From Gammaproteobacteria bacterium (GTDB lineage: Bacteria > Pseudomonadota > Gammaproteobacteria > SZUA-152), in NCBI GenBank assembly GCA_013152545.1, contig JAADGF010000096.1, positions 19,110-83,109 on the forward strand: 64,000 bases of DNA, read 5' to 3'. The position numbers were made by a program, and so were the translations under genes. The first letter of the stretch is position 1, and each line of letters opens with the position of its first letter. The notes beneath the pieces were generated by a model. It was not told where the DNA came from, ran no database searches, and was given only the letters and a program-made list of their open reading frames with translations. Of the stretch, positions 29,281 to 38,740 are shown in pieces.

Positions 29281-30348
29281 ATGGAATCGTTTTTTACACA
29301 CTATTGGCGTATGCGTGGTTTATTAATAGTCACTTTATTTTTAATTGCGATGCTTTCTTCATCTATCGTATTTGCATTTGAGGCATTGCCAAGCAAGCCG
29401 CCTATACCAAAGGACAACCCTATTACTCCAGCTAAAATAGAACTTGGCAAGCAATTGTTTTTTGATCCTCGCTTATCAGTGGATGGCACTGTTTCTTGTA
29501 ACTCTTGCCATAATGTGATGGCTGGCGGAACTGACAACAGACCTGTTTCCGTTGGTGTTAGCGGCCAAAAAGGTGGACGTTCTGCTCCTACTGTTTGGAA
29601 TGCTGCATTTTTAACAACTCAATTTTGGGATGGCCGCGCTGCAACGTTGGAAGATCAGGCAAAAGGTCCTATTCTGAATCCTATCGAAATGGGAATGCCG
29701 CACAAGGATGTTGCTGTGGATCGAATTAAGGCAATGCCAGGTTACGTATCACAATTTGAAAACGTATTTGGCAAGAAAAATCCGGTTACTTACGATAATA
29801 TTGCCAAAGCGATCGCAACTTATGAACGTACTCTCATAACACCTAACAGCCCTTTCGATCGCTATATCAAGGGCGATAAAAAAGCATTGTCATCTACTGC
29901 CATTGCTGGCATGAAATTGGTTGATAAAGTAGGTTGCACAGGATGCCACAGTGGTTCTAATTTTGCGGGGCCCACAAATCTCAAGATGGGCGAAGGCTTT
30001 TTCCAGAAATTCCCTGCATTTCCCGGTAGCAAGTATGATAAAAAGTACGATCTGATTAGCGATCTTGGGCGTTACGAAGCCACTAAAAAAAATGAAGACA
30101 AACACATGTGGCGGGTGCCAACTTGGCGTAACATTGCAGTAACGGCGCCTTACTTCCATAATGGTACAGTATCAACGCTTGAGGAAGCGGTACGCGTGAT
30201 GGCTAAAACACAACTTAATACAAAACTTTCTAACAAAGAAGTTGGTAACATTGTTGCATTTTTGAATAGTTTAACGGGCGAATTCCCGAAACAATCTATG
30301 CCACGTCTACCAGACACGACCAACACATCACTAACAACGACTAACTAG
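29281..30348 (+). CDS. Diheme cytochrome c peroxidase (CcpA/MauG family)
   Basis: Two CxxCH motifs (CNSCH, CTGCH), FFDPRLS, QFWDGRA and APYFHNG; signal peptide. Confidence 0.93.
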   Translation: MESFFTHYWRMRGLLIVTLFLIAMLSSSIVFAFEALPSKPPIPKDNPITPAKIELGKQLFFDPRLSVDGTVSCNSCHNVMAGGTDNRPVSVGVSGQKGGRSAPTVWNAAFLTTQFWDGRAATLEDQAKGPILNPIEMGMPHKDVAVDRIKAMPGYVSQFENVFGKKNPVTYDNIAKAIATYERTLITPNSPFDRYIKGDKKALSSTAIAGMKLVDKVGCTGCHSGSNFAGPTNLKMGEGFFQKFPAFPGSKYDKKYDLISDLGRYEATKKNEDKHMWRVPTWRNIAVTAPYFHNGTVSTLEEAVRVMAKTQLNTKLSNKEVGNIVAFLNSLTGEFPKQSMPRLPDTTNTSLTTTN

Positions 30349-30360
30349 TTTTTGTCGGCT

Positions 30361-30394
30361 CAAACAAGGGGCGTTGTACAACGCCCCTTGTTTG
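30361..30394. terminator. Bidirectional terminator (perfect 34-bp palindrome)
   Basis: CAAACAAGGGGCGTTGTACAACGCCCCTTGTTTG is self-complementary and lies between convergent genes. Confidence 0.8.
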
Positions 30395-30462
30395 TTATTC
30401 ATGCCCCCTAAGTTTTCACGTTTGCGAGATTAAGGCCGTGCTATTGCATGTCCGTTCCTTCC

Positions 30463-31293
30463 TTACGGCTGATTGAGTTCTGTTAAGTATTGTATTAATT
30501 TTTTGCGATTTGTTTCATAGTGGGACCAATCGTTATGACCACCATCTAGATCAATCAGCTGCTTGGGTTCATTGGCGTATGAAAATAATAACTCGGCATG
30601 TTGATACGAAATCATTTCATCATTCTTACTGTGCATAATCAAAATAGGAATTGGGCTGATTAGCCCAATAACGTTTAGGGGTCTGTAGTCATTATTTATT
30701 GTAAATGAAAGTGGCCACTGCAATGCCCAGGTAAGCCAGTGTTTATCAAGAAACTCCCTTGCAATGGATTGGTAGTCGCTGAATGCGGACACCAGTATTA
30801 ACGCCTTTATACGGTTTTGTTGCTGACTATTTACCACTGCCTGAGTGCTCATGCTTGCGCCCAGGCTTTGACCCATTACAATAAGCTGTTCCGTATCGGG
30901 TATTTTTTTCACTACATCTTCTATGCTTTTTCTGATATCAGCAATAGCGCCTGGCAGTGTCGCAATACCGTCTGATTTACCATAACCACGGTAATCAATG
31001 ATGTAAACATCGTACCCATAATCGGTCAGCCAGTATACACCGCCCACATGAGTGCTAATATTCTGTGCATTGCCGTGAAAAAATAATACGGTCCCGTATC
31101 TTTCTCTTTGGGTCGGTAAGTACCAGCCATGGAGTGTTAAGCCATCATAGGAGGTAAAATAATAATCATGGTACGTTATCCCGAATTCTTTGGGGATCGT
31201 AAAATGTTTTTTTACAGGGTGAAATATCACTTGAGTGCAGGCTGACAAAAGCAATATTGACAAAAAGAGGATGAGTCTCATGATCGGGATCAT
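30463..31293 (-). CDS. Alpha/beta hydrolase lipoprotein (YfhR-like)
   Basis: Lipobox LSAC, FHGNAQN, DYRGYG, nucleophile elbow GQSLG, HSKND and GGH. Confidence 0.88.
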   Translation of the reverse strand: MIPIMRLILFLSILLLSACTQVIFHPVKKHFTIPKEFGITYHDYYFTSYDGLTLHGWYLPTQRERYGTVLFFHGNAQNISTHVGGVYWLTDYGYDVYIIDYRGYGKSDGIATLPGAIADIRKSIEDVVKKIPDTEQLIVMGQSLGASMSTQAVVNSQQQNRIKALILVSAFSDYQSIAREFLDKHWLTWALQWPLSFTINNDYRPLNVIGLISPIPILIMHSKNDEMISYQHAELLFSYANEPKQLIDLDGGHNDWSHYETNRKKLIQYLTELNQP

Positions 31294-31592
31294 AGCATGT
31301 CATGTTGACGGGAGTATATGCACACTTGAATAACAGGGAATATTGCAAAAATGGTTTTGTGTTGGTCAACTATGAACCCTGTATTGCTTCGTCCACCTTC
31401 AAGTTGAGGTAGATTAAGCTAAAGATTAGATGACCCGATGGCTCAGAGCCACAATTTAAAGAGGACAGATTAATTTAGGATTATGATGGGAGTTTAGCAA
31501 AGAGATTGGATTAAAACACAAAAAAATAATCATCGAGTAATTATGATGCTGTTGTTTAACATTCAAATGTAGTCTGTATTCACTTAAAACAC

Positions 31593-32135
31593 CTATGTAA
31601 ATTCTCTCAACGCAGCGGCCGCGTACCAGCGAACTGATTCTACCTGATCACTCAGGGCATTATGTAATACCTGCTCCGCTGGTTGTGCCGCTTTTCCACT
31701 TTTTGCAAAGGCTGCAGCAATGTGCTCTCGTACTTTTGGGTTATAGTCGGTTAGCCCAATGCTTAAGGATTGCATGGATGTTATCGGTAATGGTGCAATA
31801 TTCCGAAGTGCTAATGCTGCATGTTCACGAACTAACAGGTCTTCATCATGTAACAATTGACAGAGTCCAAACAGACTAATATGGGCGGCTTTGCCCATTT
31901 TCCCCAATGCTCTTGCAGCGCTAAATCGTACTATTTTTGACACATCCTGCAATAAATAATGCAATGCAGGCACCACTCCCATATCCATATACCCCAATTC
32001 TCCCAATTTGTTCGCCGCATTTACACGCTGCTCAAAATCGTTACTGAGGGTTCGTTTTAATTCGACTTCAACATGTTTTGTTTGCATTTCCATCGCACTT
32101 GGTTGAAGCATAAGATTGATCTCCTGTTTAATCAC
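31593..32135 (-). CDS. HEAT (PBS-lyase-like) repeat protein
   Basis: About 4 repeats such as VRFSAARALG, VREHAALAL, VREHIAAAF and VRWYAAAAL. The start is uncertain. Confidence 0.8.
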   Translation of the reverse strand: MIKQEINLMLQPSAMEMQTKHVEVELKRTLSNDFEQRVNAANKLGELGYMDMGVVPALHYLLQDVSKIVRFSAARALGKMGKAAHISLFGLCQLLHDEDLLVREHAALALRNIAPLPITSMQSLSIGLTDYNPKVREHIAAAFAKSGKAAQPAEQVLHNALSDQVESVRWYAAAALREFT

Positions 32136-32211
32136 GGTTGAGGCAACGTCAATATGTTATTTTTATCTTCAACTTAAAATTGTCAGTTGGATGGCATGTA
32201 GCGTGCTTTTT

Positions 32212-32421
32212 TCACGATAAATTACCATGACTGGCTAGACGCGATAGCGAACCACTATAACGATTCGCAACGACGCCAGATGCGATAAAAATGTGCTCTA
32301 TATGTTGTAGCATACTCATCCTTGGAGTGACGTTGGTAAACGCCACAGGTATATAATGTTTCAATTGTTTAAAAGGGGTGGTGCAACTTAATAAGCGCTC
32401 AACGGATGAGGTTTGATTCAT
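32212..32421 (-). CDS. Small hypothetical protein (69 aa)
   Basis: Strong SD GGAGG (32429-32433, minus strand) 7 nt before the ATG at 32421; sits in the operon between the CHAT and HEAT genes. Confidence 0.55.
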   Translation of the reverse strand: MNQTSSVERLLSCTTPFKQLKHYIPVAFTNVTPRMSMLQHIEHIFIASGVVANRYSGSLSRLASHGNLS

Positions 32422-32476
32422 AAAGATACCTCCAGTTTTAAAAAATTTAATGCCGGATGAGTAATGGCATTTCGTT

Positions 32477-34879
32477 CTATAGCCAGTTGCCAATGAGTAG
32501 AAAGGGAGACCAATAACCTGGATGACGATAGCGTATATTTCCCATCAATTTTATCTGAGCACGTTGCAATGCAACGGCTTTGGTCACATTGTCATCCAAT
32601 AACTGGCGATAAAACTCGGTAATTAACAGCGAGGAGGCTTTATCATTGATAGCCCACAATGAAGCCAAGGCACTTCTTGCCCCGGATTTGATTGCAACAC
32701 CAGCTAACCCCAGTGCCGCACGATCATCCCCAGCAGCGGTATTGCAGGCGCTCAATGTCAGCAATTCGATGGGGGTTTTCCGGTATTGATTCAAAGCGGC
32801 ATATTGGCCTAACTTATTCACAGTAAGTCGACCGTCAAACGTCAAAATATACGAATCCTTCACATCACCAGTAAACTCTGCATGGGATGCAAAGTGCGCA
32901 ACATTGTATTCTGCATTCCGTAATTCGCTTGAAATACTGTTGAGGAGAAAGTTTTTATTCAATAATAGTTTACTGATGTATAAGTCTTTAATTTGTTCCA
33001 ACTCGCCACGCACATAGTCCAGTGGGGGATACCCCTGTACTGGCTCGGATAAGCCACTTAACAGCACTTTCATTTTTTGCCTTTTTAGTGGTCTGGGGTC
33101 GGTCAAGGTAAGCCCCGGCGTTGTTGCCAAAGCATATTTGTTGATTAAAAATCGTTCCCCATCATGCAACACAGAAAGCGGGATGGTTCGTAATGCCTGC
33201 CCCGGGATGATGACTAATGTCGTTATATTATACTGTGTTAAATCTGATTCGATGGGTGAAATTAATGCGTTATAAAGGTTGTTGGCATAAGGCAGATACC
33301 CCTTACTCCTGCGTTTTTCTAATTCTATCCGCAGTTGCCGAACCTGGCTTGTTATCTCTTCTTCATTTTGATCAACGATATACTGTTTTATGCCAAAGGC
33401 ATAACTTATTAGGAGTTCGGTACGATCCGGTAGCAATATCGGATAAATAATTGCAGTTCCTTCATCAATGGCTTCATCAATGGATTTAACTTGAGACTGA
33501 GTATCTACAACACAACTATCCTTAAAATAGTCCTGAAGCTCGGCTGTTTTCTCTTGTTCAACCGTTCGACGTGCATCAAGTAGTAGTGATGCTCTTACGT
33601 CACTTTTAATGCTGGCACGGGATGCCTTGCTTAACAGCATATCTGCCAGTTCCAAATAAATATTACCCTGAGGTTGATGCAAACTGCTGTCATTCATCAA
33701 GGTGTTTTTTGACAACTGAGAACGAATAGGTTGAAGCGTATTAATGGCTTGCTGGTAAAATACGATGGCTTGATCTGGGCGATGCATATTCTGGTGAATA
33801 CGCCCAACCTGCCATTCCAGTTGATAGAGTAATTCTGTCGCCCCTTCAATTTGAGCGTGAAACATGGCTTTTTGAACCAATATTAACGCATCCTCATATT
33901 TTTTTGTCGCTTCATAAAAATCCGCCATCACCTTATTGGCACGAGCACTTAACATATTGTTATTGATTTTTTCTGCATAATCTCGCTCCTGACTTAGGAG
34001 TTGTACCATGTACCTCAAGGCATTTTGTGTTTCAATAGTGTTCAGAGAGATAAGCTTGAGGCTCGCCTCTGCAAGTGTTATTACCGCTTGAGATTTACGG
34101 TAGGATGGCACCACCTGCACGATAGTTTGTTGGGCCCGTACTAGGGAGGTACTGGCTTGATTTTCTTTGTGTTGACTAATTTGCAACAACATGACGTTAG
34201 ATAGTGCCCGGACAGCTTGTAGGTGGTCCTTCAATTGCAACGATATTTCAATGCTCTTATCATATACACGCGTTGCATTTTTGAGTGATTTTGACAAAGC
34301 GTAATAATTGCCTAAATCGTTATATATCAATGCTAACAGTCTGGTTTTATCGTTTTTGATAGCTAGATCTCGTGCGGTATCAAGCAAGCGTTTCGCATCA
34401 TCGAAACGCCCAGAATACAAATAGGCACCTGCTAGATTCGATTGCACTGTTAAACTCAGATTGACATCATCATTGCGTACCAGTAATTTACTGGCGACTT
34501 CAAGCGCGCGTATCGCACGGTCATGCAAACCCATCATACGTTGTGCTGTGGCAATTTTCTGTAGTGACATGATCTGCCCTTGCCGATTTTGACTGGTTTG
34601 GTAAGCTTTATAAGAAGCTCTCCAGTGAGCAATTGCTTGCTGGTAATGGCCATTTTCAAATAACAGCTCTGCGCCAGCAACATCGAAAGTCACTGCTGGT
34701 AGCGATGATTCACTTATTTTAGTGTTACGTACTGCATTGGAATAATCAGCAAATGTCACCGGAAAGTAGCTCAACATCAATAATGTCAGTAGCAATATTG
34801 TAAGACAGGAACAGCGCCTTCGCTTGTCAACGTTCGCTATGTTTTCTCTTTGATGCATTTTCCTAAACTGTTTTTTCAT
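32477..34879 (-). CDS. Exported TPR-CHAT (caspase-like) protease
   Basis: Signal-peptide-like N-terminus, many TPR-like helices and a C-terminal CHAT domain with HFASHA, LSACNT, SLW and HPGYWSPF. Confidence 0.9.
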   Translation of the reverse strand: MKKQFRKMHQRENIANVDKRRRCSCLTILLLTLLMLSYFPVTFADYSNAVRNTKISESSLPAVTFDVAGAELLFENGHYQQAIAHWRASYKAYQTSQNRQGQIMSLQKIATAQRMMGLHDRAIRALEVASKLLVRNDDVNLSLTVQSNLAGAYLYSGRFDDAKRLLDTARDLAIKNDKTRLLALIYNDLGNYYALSKSLKNATRVYDKSIEISLQLKDHLQAVRALSNVMLLQISQHKENQASTSLVRAQQTIVQVVPSYRKSQAVITLAEASLKLISLNTIETQNALRYMVQLLSQERDYAEKINNNMLSARANKVMADFYEATKKYEDALILVQKAMFHAQIEGATELLYQLEWQVGRIHQNMHRPDQAIVFYQQAINTLQPIRSQLSKNTLMNDSSLHQPQGNIYLELADMLLSKASRASIKSDVRASLLLDARRTVEQEKTAELQDYFKDSCVVDTQSQVKSIDEAIDEGTAIIYPILLPDRTELLISYAFGIKQYIVDQNEEEITSQVRQLRIELEKRRSKGYLPYANNLYNALISPIESDLTQYNITTLVIIPGQALRTIPLSVLHDGERFLINKYALATTPGLTLTDPRPLKRQKMKVLLSGLSEPVQGYPPLDYVRGELEQIKDLYISKLLLNKNFLLNSISSELRNAEYNVAHFASHAEFTGDVKDSYILTFDGRLTVNKLGQYAALNQYRKTPIELLTLSACNTAAGDDRAALGLAGVAIKSGARSALASLWAINDKASSLLITEFYRQLLDDNVTKAVALQRAQIKLMGNIRYRHPGYWSPFLLIGNWL

Positions 34880-34940
34880 TAGTGCTTCTTCTCTATCATT
34901 TTCCCTCTATCAGTGCTTCGTGAAGCCCTAAGGGCCTGCG

Positions 34941-36776
34941 CTAATAAATCATCCACGAAACCACTTTATTTTTCTGCATTTGGAAGGTAATACCATCGCG
35001 CGGATACAACAAGCTATCGCCTTGGGTCGACTGTAGTTTTATACCGGGATTTCCATAACCAGCGACAATAACCTCTGTACTACTACCCACCTTTACACCT
35101 TGATTGGATTTTCCTTTGTAATTTGGTGTTGCAACAACAATGCGTATTTCATTGCCATCTAACACCACTGTAATCCCATTTTTATATTCCAGTAGCGTGT
35201 GCACTGATTGATCAAAGTGATACTTTTTTTCCTTGGCCTTACCCCACTCAGGGGGTATTTCATCAGCATAGTGACCAATTTGTATACCTTTCATTTTTTC
35301 CTCAGCATGAGCCGGAAAACTCTTTTCGGGTGCTTTTTTTGCGGGGATATTATAATTGGATACTAAAAATCTGGCCCAACGGTTACTCACATTCAATTTT
35401 ACAAATTTACTCCAATACTCAATCGCTTCGTGTTTGCGACTATCAAGATATGCGATTTTACCAAGATTATAATAAGGAGCATCATAGTTGGGGTCAGCAG
35501 CAGTCGCCAACCTCAATAATTGAATGGCTTTTTTGACGTTGCCTGCTTGATAAAACCCCACGCCCAGCACGTTCATCAGCATGGCGTTATTTGTTTGCTT
35601 TTTATGCACATCTTGTAAGGTTGCGATGGCTTTATAAGGTTCGTTATTTACTATATACGCACCTGCAAGATTGAGGTAAGCAATCGTATAGTGTGCGTCT
35701 TGCTGTATGGATGCCTCGTAGTGAATAATCGCCTTTGAGATATGCTGCTTAAACAGCAGCTGTTGGTCGTTGATCGCTGCACGGGAAACACCATAAGCCG
35801 CGCGTGAATAAGGGTCGGCTGTTATAGGCAAACGAAATGGCAATAAATGCTTGTCATCATTATGTTCAGCATAATGCAATAGCGCCAATTGATGGTGACT
35901 TGCCGCGAGGTTATGGTACACCTCACGGCTTGGGAAATAACGTAAAAATTCACCAAATGCTCGGCTGGCCAGTTCGAAATTGCCGGACTGATAAAAAATC
36001 AACCCCAATTTAAACAAGCCAGCCTCATCTGCAACCTTTTGTAAGCGTGCAAGTACTGCCGCCGATCGTTGTAGAGAAGAAGGGTGGGTCTCATTACCAT
36101 CGTGCCGGGTCAATTGCGATAGATTTAACATTTTCTGCCATTGATGAAAGAAACTGTCTACCTCTCCATTTTTTACGATTGCGTTAGGGTTAAACCCCGC
36201 CATGGCCGCGTATAGGATACCACGCTCATCTGCCCGCAATTCTTTGGCCTGTATTTTTGCGGTTTGATCAAAGATCCCTTTTAGCTCGTTAAGCACCTTT
36301 GGTTTCACTGTGTCCTGGGTTTTCAATAGCGCTAATGCGCTAAAAAAATTAATATGCCAAAAATCATCATCAAGTAAATGGGCTATCTCATGCGCTAACA
36401 CAAAAGCCAGGCGATCATCACCCTGTTCTGGTTCTCGATAACTCATTTCCAAAACTTTTTTGGAGATAATTATCCACCCATCGGGAATCGAGACAGGCAA
36501 CACAACGTTTAAGGGGTTTTCCTCAATAACATGTAGCCGTGGTATAACACCATAGCGATTACCTGCCGCCTTTAACACACGATTAAAAATTTGTCGGGCT
36601 TTGATAACATGCGGATCTTTGTCTTCTAACAATTCTGTATAGTTATTTCGCCAAAAATCAATACGTTCTTTTGGGTCAGGCATTGTTGCTGCATACAGTA
36701 AATCGGTTTCAAGCGAAAGTAGCATCGTAATCATAATAATTAAGTAACTAATAGATAGTTTAATTAACTTTTTCAC
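34941..36776 (-). CDS. Exported M48-family zinc metalloprotease with TPR repeats
   Basis: Signal peptide, LAFVLAHEIAH (HExxH), ELRAD and THP motifs, followed by TPRs and a small C-terminal domain. Confidence 0.87.
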   Translation of the reverse strand: MKKLIKLSISYLIIMITMLLSLETDLLYAATMPDPKERIDFWRNNYTELLEDKDPHVIKARQIFNRVLKAAGNRYGVIPRLHVIEENPLNVVLPVSIPDGWIIISKKVLEMSYREPEQGDDRLAFVLAHEIAHLLDDDFWHINFFSALALLKTQDTVKPKVLNELKGIFDQTAKIQAKELRADERGILYAAMAGFNPNAIVKNGEVDSFFHQWQKMLNLSQLTRHDGNETHPSSLQRSAAVLARLQKVADEAGLFKLGLIFYQSGNFELASRAFGEFLRYFPSREVYHNLAASHHQLALLHYAEHNDDKHLLPFRLPITADPYSRAAYGVSRAAINDQQLLFKQHISKAIIHYEASIQQDAHYTIAYLNLAGAYIVNNEPYKAIATLQDVHKKQTNNAMLMNVLGVGFYQAGNVKKAIQLLRLATAADPNYDAPYYNLGKIAYLDSRKHEAIEYWSKFVKLNVSNRWARFLVSNYNIPAKKAPEKSFPAHAEEKMKGIQIGHYADEIPPEWGKAKEKKYHFDQSVHTLLEYKNGITVVLDGNEIRIVVATPNYKGKSNQGVKVGSSTEVIVAGYGNPGIKLQSTQGDSLLYPRDGITFQMQKNKVVSWMIY

Positions 36777-36837
36777 CTGCGATTCCTGGTATCCATCCGG
36801 TATGTTGTCGTGATTACATTGGGTACGTAGATGTACA

Positions 36838-38157
36838 CTAGCCTGCTAGACTCCTGATATTTTCAATCTCCTGAACAATCTTTTTGTAATCTTCGTCTGA
36901 CATCACTTTTTTCATTGCAAGATCATTAATTTCCTCCAACGATTTACTAACGCCAGCTGGTGCCCCCAGGTGCTGCAATTGATTTTTAAATATATTGATT
37001 TCATCAACCTGACTGGATAGCAAAGCCACTTTGGCCAATGCGGCCAACGCTAGGTCATAGGACCATGCACCGGCTTTAAACAAAACAAGCTCTTTGTCTG
37101 CAGCGGATTTTAATGAATTGTTTACAACGGATTTTAACGAAGAGGCATAACGGTTCATTATCTTATTTAATGCATCTGCATTAACCGCAGGACTACTACC
37201 ACTTTGTATTTGAGTTTGCAGTAACTGAATTTTTTGCACTAGCTGTTTCGAATCAGCTTGTTGGCTCAAAACAGAACTTAGCAGCGCTAAATGTGTTTTT
37301 ACCAAGGTTTTATCATTGCTTTTTATGTAGACAATGGTTTCAGAGAATAACGCCCCAATGGAAAATGAATTGAGTATTGCATTCTGTGATGTAAAACCGA
37401 AACGTGGTGATTGATGATTAATAGGGATCATTGCCTGTGCCAGATTGGCGAGTGCCTTGTCAGTCAGTGCTGCATCGGTGGATATTCGCAACTGTGCCGC
37501 AACAGAATCATAATGCATTGGTGTATCATTGCTTATCCGCACATGATCACTTTGGTGGATGTTGCTTTGGTTGACGAACAACACACTACATACGGCTAAC
37601 ATCGCACTGGCAGCCATTGGTAAAATAATTTTCGGCCACGAAAGCTTTGAATAAGGTTTTTCATTAAGTTGTTGTGTTTCCGGTGTTTCCGGTGTTTGGC
37701 GTTGTAATATTTGAGGGTGTTTTGGCTTTGGCTGTATGCCTATACGGTTATCCTCGGTGCTCGATAATTGTGCTTTTTTAGCAAGTGCAGTAAAGGGTAA
37801 AACATTACTCTTAGATTGAAGTCTATTGCTGAATGCGTCACTGAAAATATTACCCGTCGCGTCATCAGCGATACTTGCAATAGTCGAATCGGCAGTAGCA
37901 TGACTCGTTTGGTGTTCATGTGATTTGACTTCGTGTAATATCTTATTTGGTAATTCCTGCCAAAACTGCTGGTCAGGCTCTTCGGTCCCTAAACTTTTTG
38001 TGTCAATAATCACATTTTGTAAATCATCGTGTTGTTCCCGACATTGATCACACAGGGTTAAATGTTCGTTAAATTGTTGCCTAAGCAATATAGGCAATTC
38101 AAACTCAAGATAGTCTATTAATGACGACTGTATATCGTCACAACTCAGTTGGTGCAT
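36838..38157 (-). CDS. Zinc-binding (ZAS/zf-HC2) transmembrane anti-sigma factor
   Basis: N-terminal C..HLTLCDQC (HxxxCxxC), a low-complexity linker, one TM (IILPMAASAMLAVCSVLFV) and a helical C-terminal domain. Overlaps the sigma stop codon. Confidence 0.8.
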   Translation of the reverse strand: MHQLSCDDIQSSLIDYLEFELPILLRQQFNEHLTLCDQCREQHDDLQNVIIDTKSLGTEEPDQQFWQELPNKILHEVKSHEHQTSHATADSTIASIADDATGNIFSDAFSNRLQSKSNVLPFTALAKKAQLSSTEDNRIGIQPKPKHPQILQRQTPETPETQQLNEKPYSKLSWPKIILPMAASAMLAVCSVLFVNQSNIHQSDHVRISNDTPMHYDSVAAQLRISTDAALTDKALANLAQAMIPINHQSPRFGFTSQNAILNSFSIGALFSETIVYIKSNDKTLVKTHLALLSSVLSQQADSKQLVQKIQLLQTQIQSGSSPAVNADALNKIMNRYASSLKSVVNNSLKSAADKELVLFKAGAWSYDLALAALAKVALLSSQVDEINIFKNQLQHLGAPAGVSKSLEEINDLAMKKVMSDEDYKKIVQEIENIRSLAG

Positions 38158-38740
38158 AAGCCCCCTCTTTTAAGGATTTCATCAGTGACAAAACCGCTTG
38201 ATGGTAACAAGCTTTTACCGTTCCAGGTGAGGAGGACATAATATCCGCTATTTCTGAAAAAGTGCATTCGTGGTAAACTCTCAGTTGCATCGTTGCGCGT
38301 TGTTTCTCGGGCAATTTGCTAATGGCCGATTTTAAAATATTACGGTACTCGGATAGAATGTAGTCATCTGCTTTGGTGTCGTCTTGCACTACTTCCAAAG
38401 CGTCATTGTCACTGCCGATTTCTTTGCGCCGATCATTACTACGAAAGTGATTTTTACAAAGATTGACCGCTATCTGATACAACCAGGTTTTAAATGAGGA
38501 TTTTCCCTCAAACTGTTTCGCTTTCAAAAACAAGCTGACAAACACTTGTTGAGTAACATCAGCAGCATCTGCTTCATTAACTACTTGACGACAAATGAAT
38601 CGATATAACGCTTTTTGGTGCCGTTCCACCAAAGTAGTTAACGCCTCATCATCGCCGGAAATATATTTTGCTAACAATACATTGTCGTCCATATATCCTT
38701 GCCCACTATGACACCGTGGTTGATCGGGTGGTTTAGTCAT
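38138..38740 (-). CDS. ECF sigma factor (sigma70 family)
   Basis: Region 2 (DAADVTQQVF, SFKTWLYQIAVN) and region 4 (LPEKQR..FSEIADIM). The likely start is the ATG at 38692. Confidence 0.93.
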   Translation of the reverse strand: MTKPPDQPRCHSGQGYMDDNVLLAKYISGDDEALTTLVERHQKALYRFICRQVVNEADAADVTQQVFVSLFLKAKQFEGKSSFKTWLYQIAVNLCKNHFRSNDRRKEIGSDNDALEVVQDDTKADDYILSEYRNILKSAISKLPEKQRATMQLRVYHECTFSEIADIMSSSPGTVKACYHQAVLSLMKSLKEGAYAPTEL

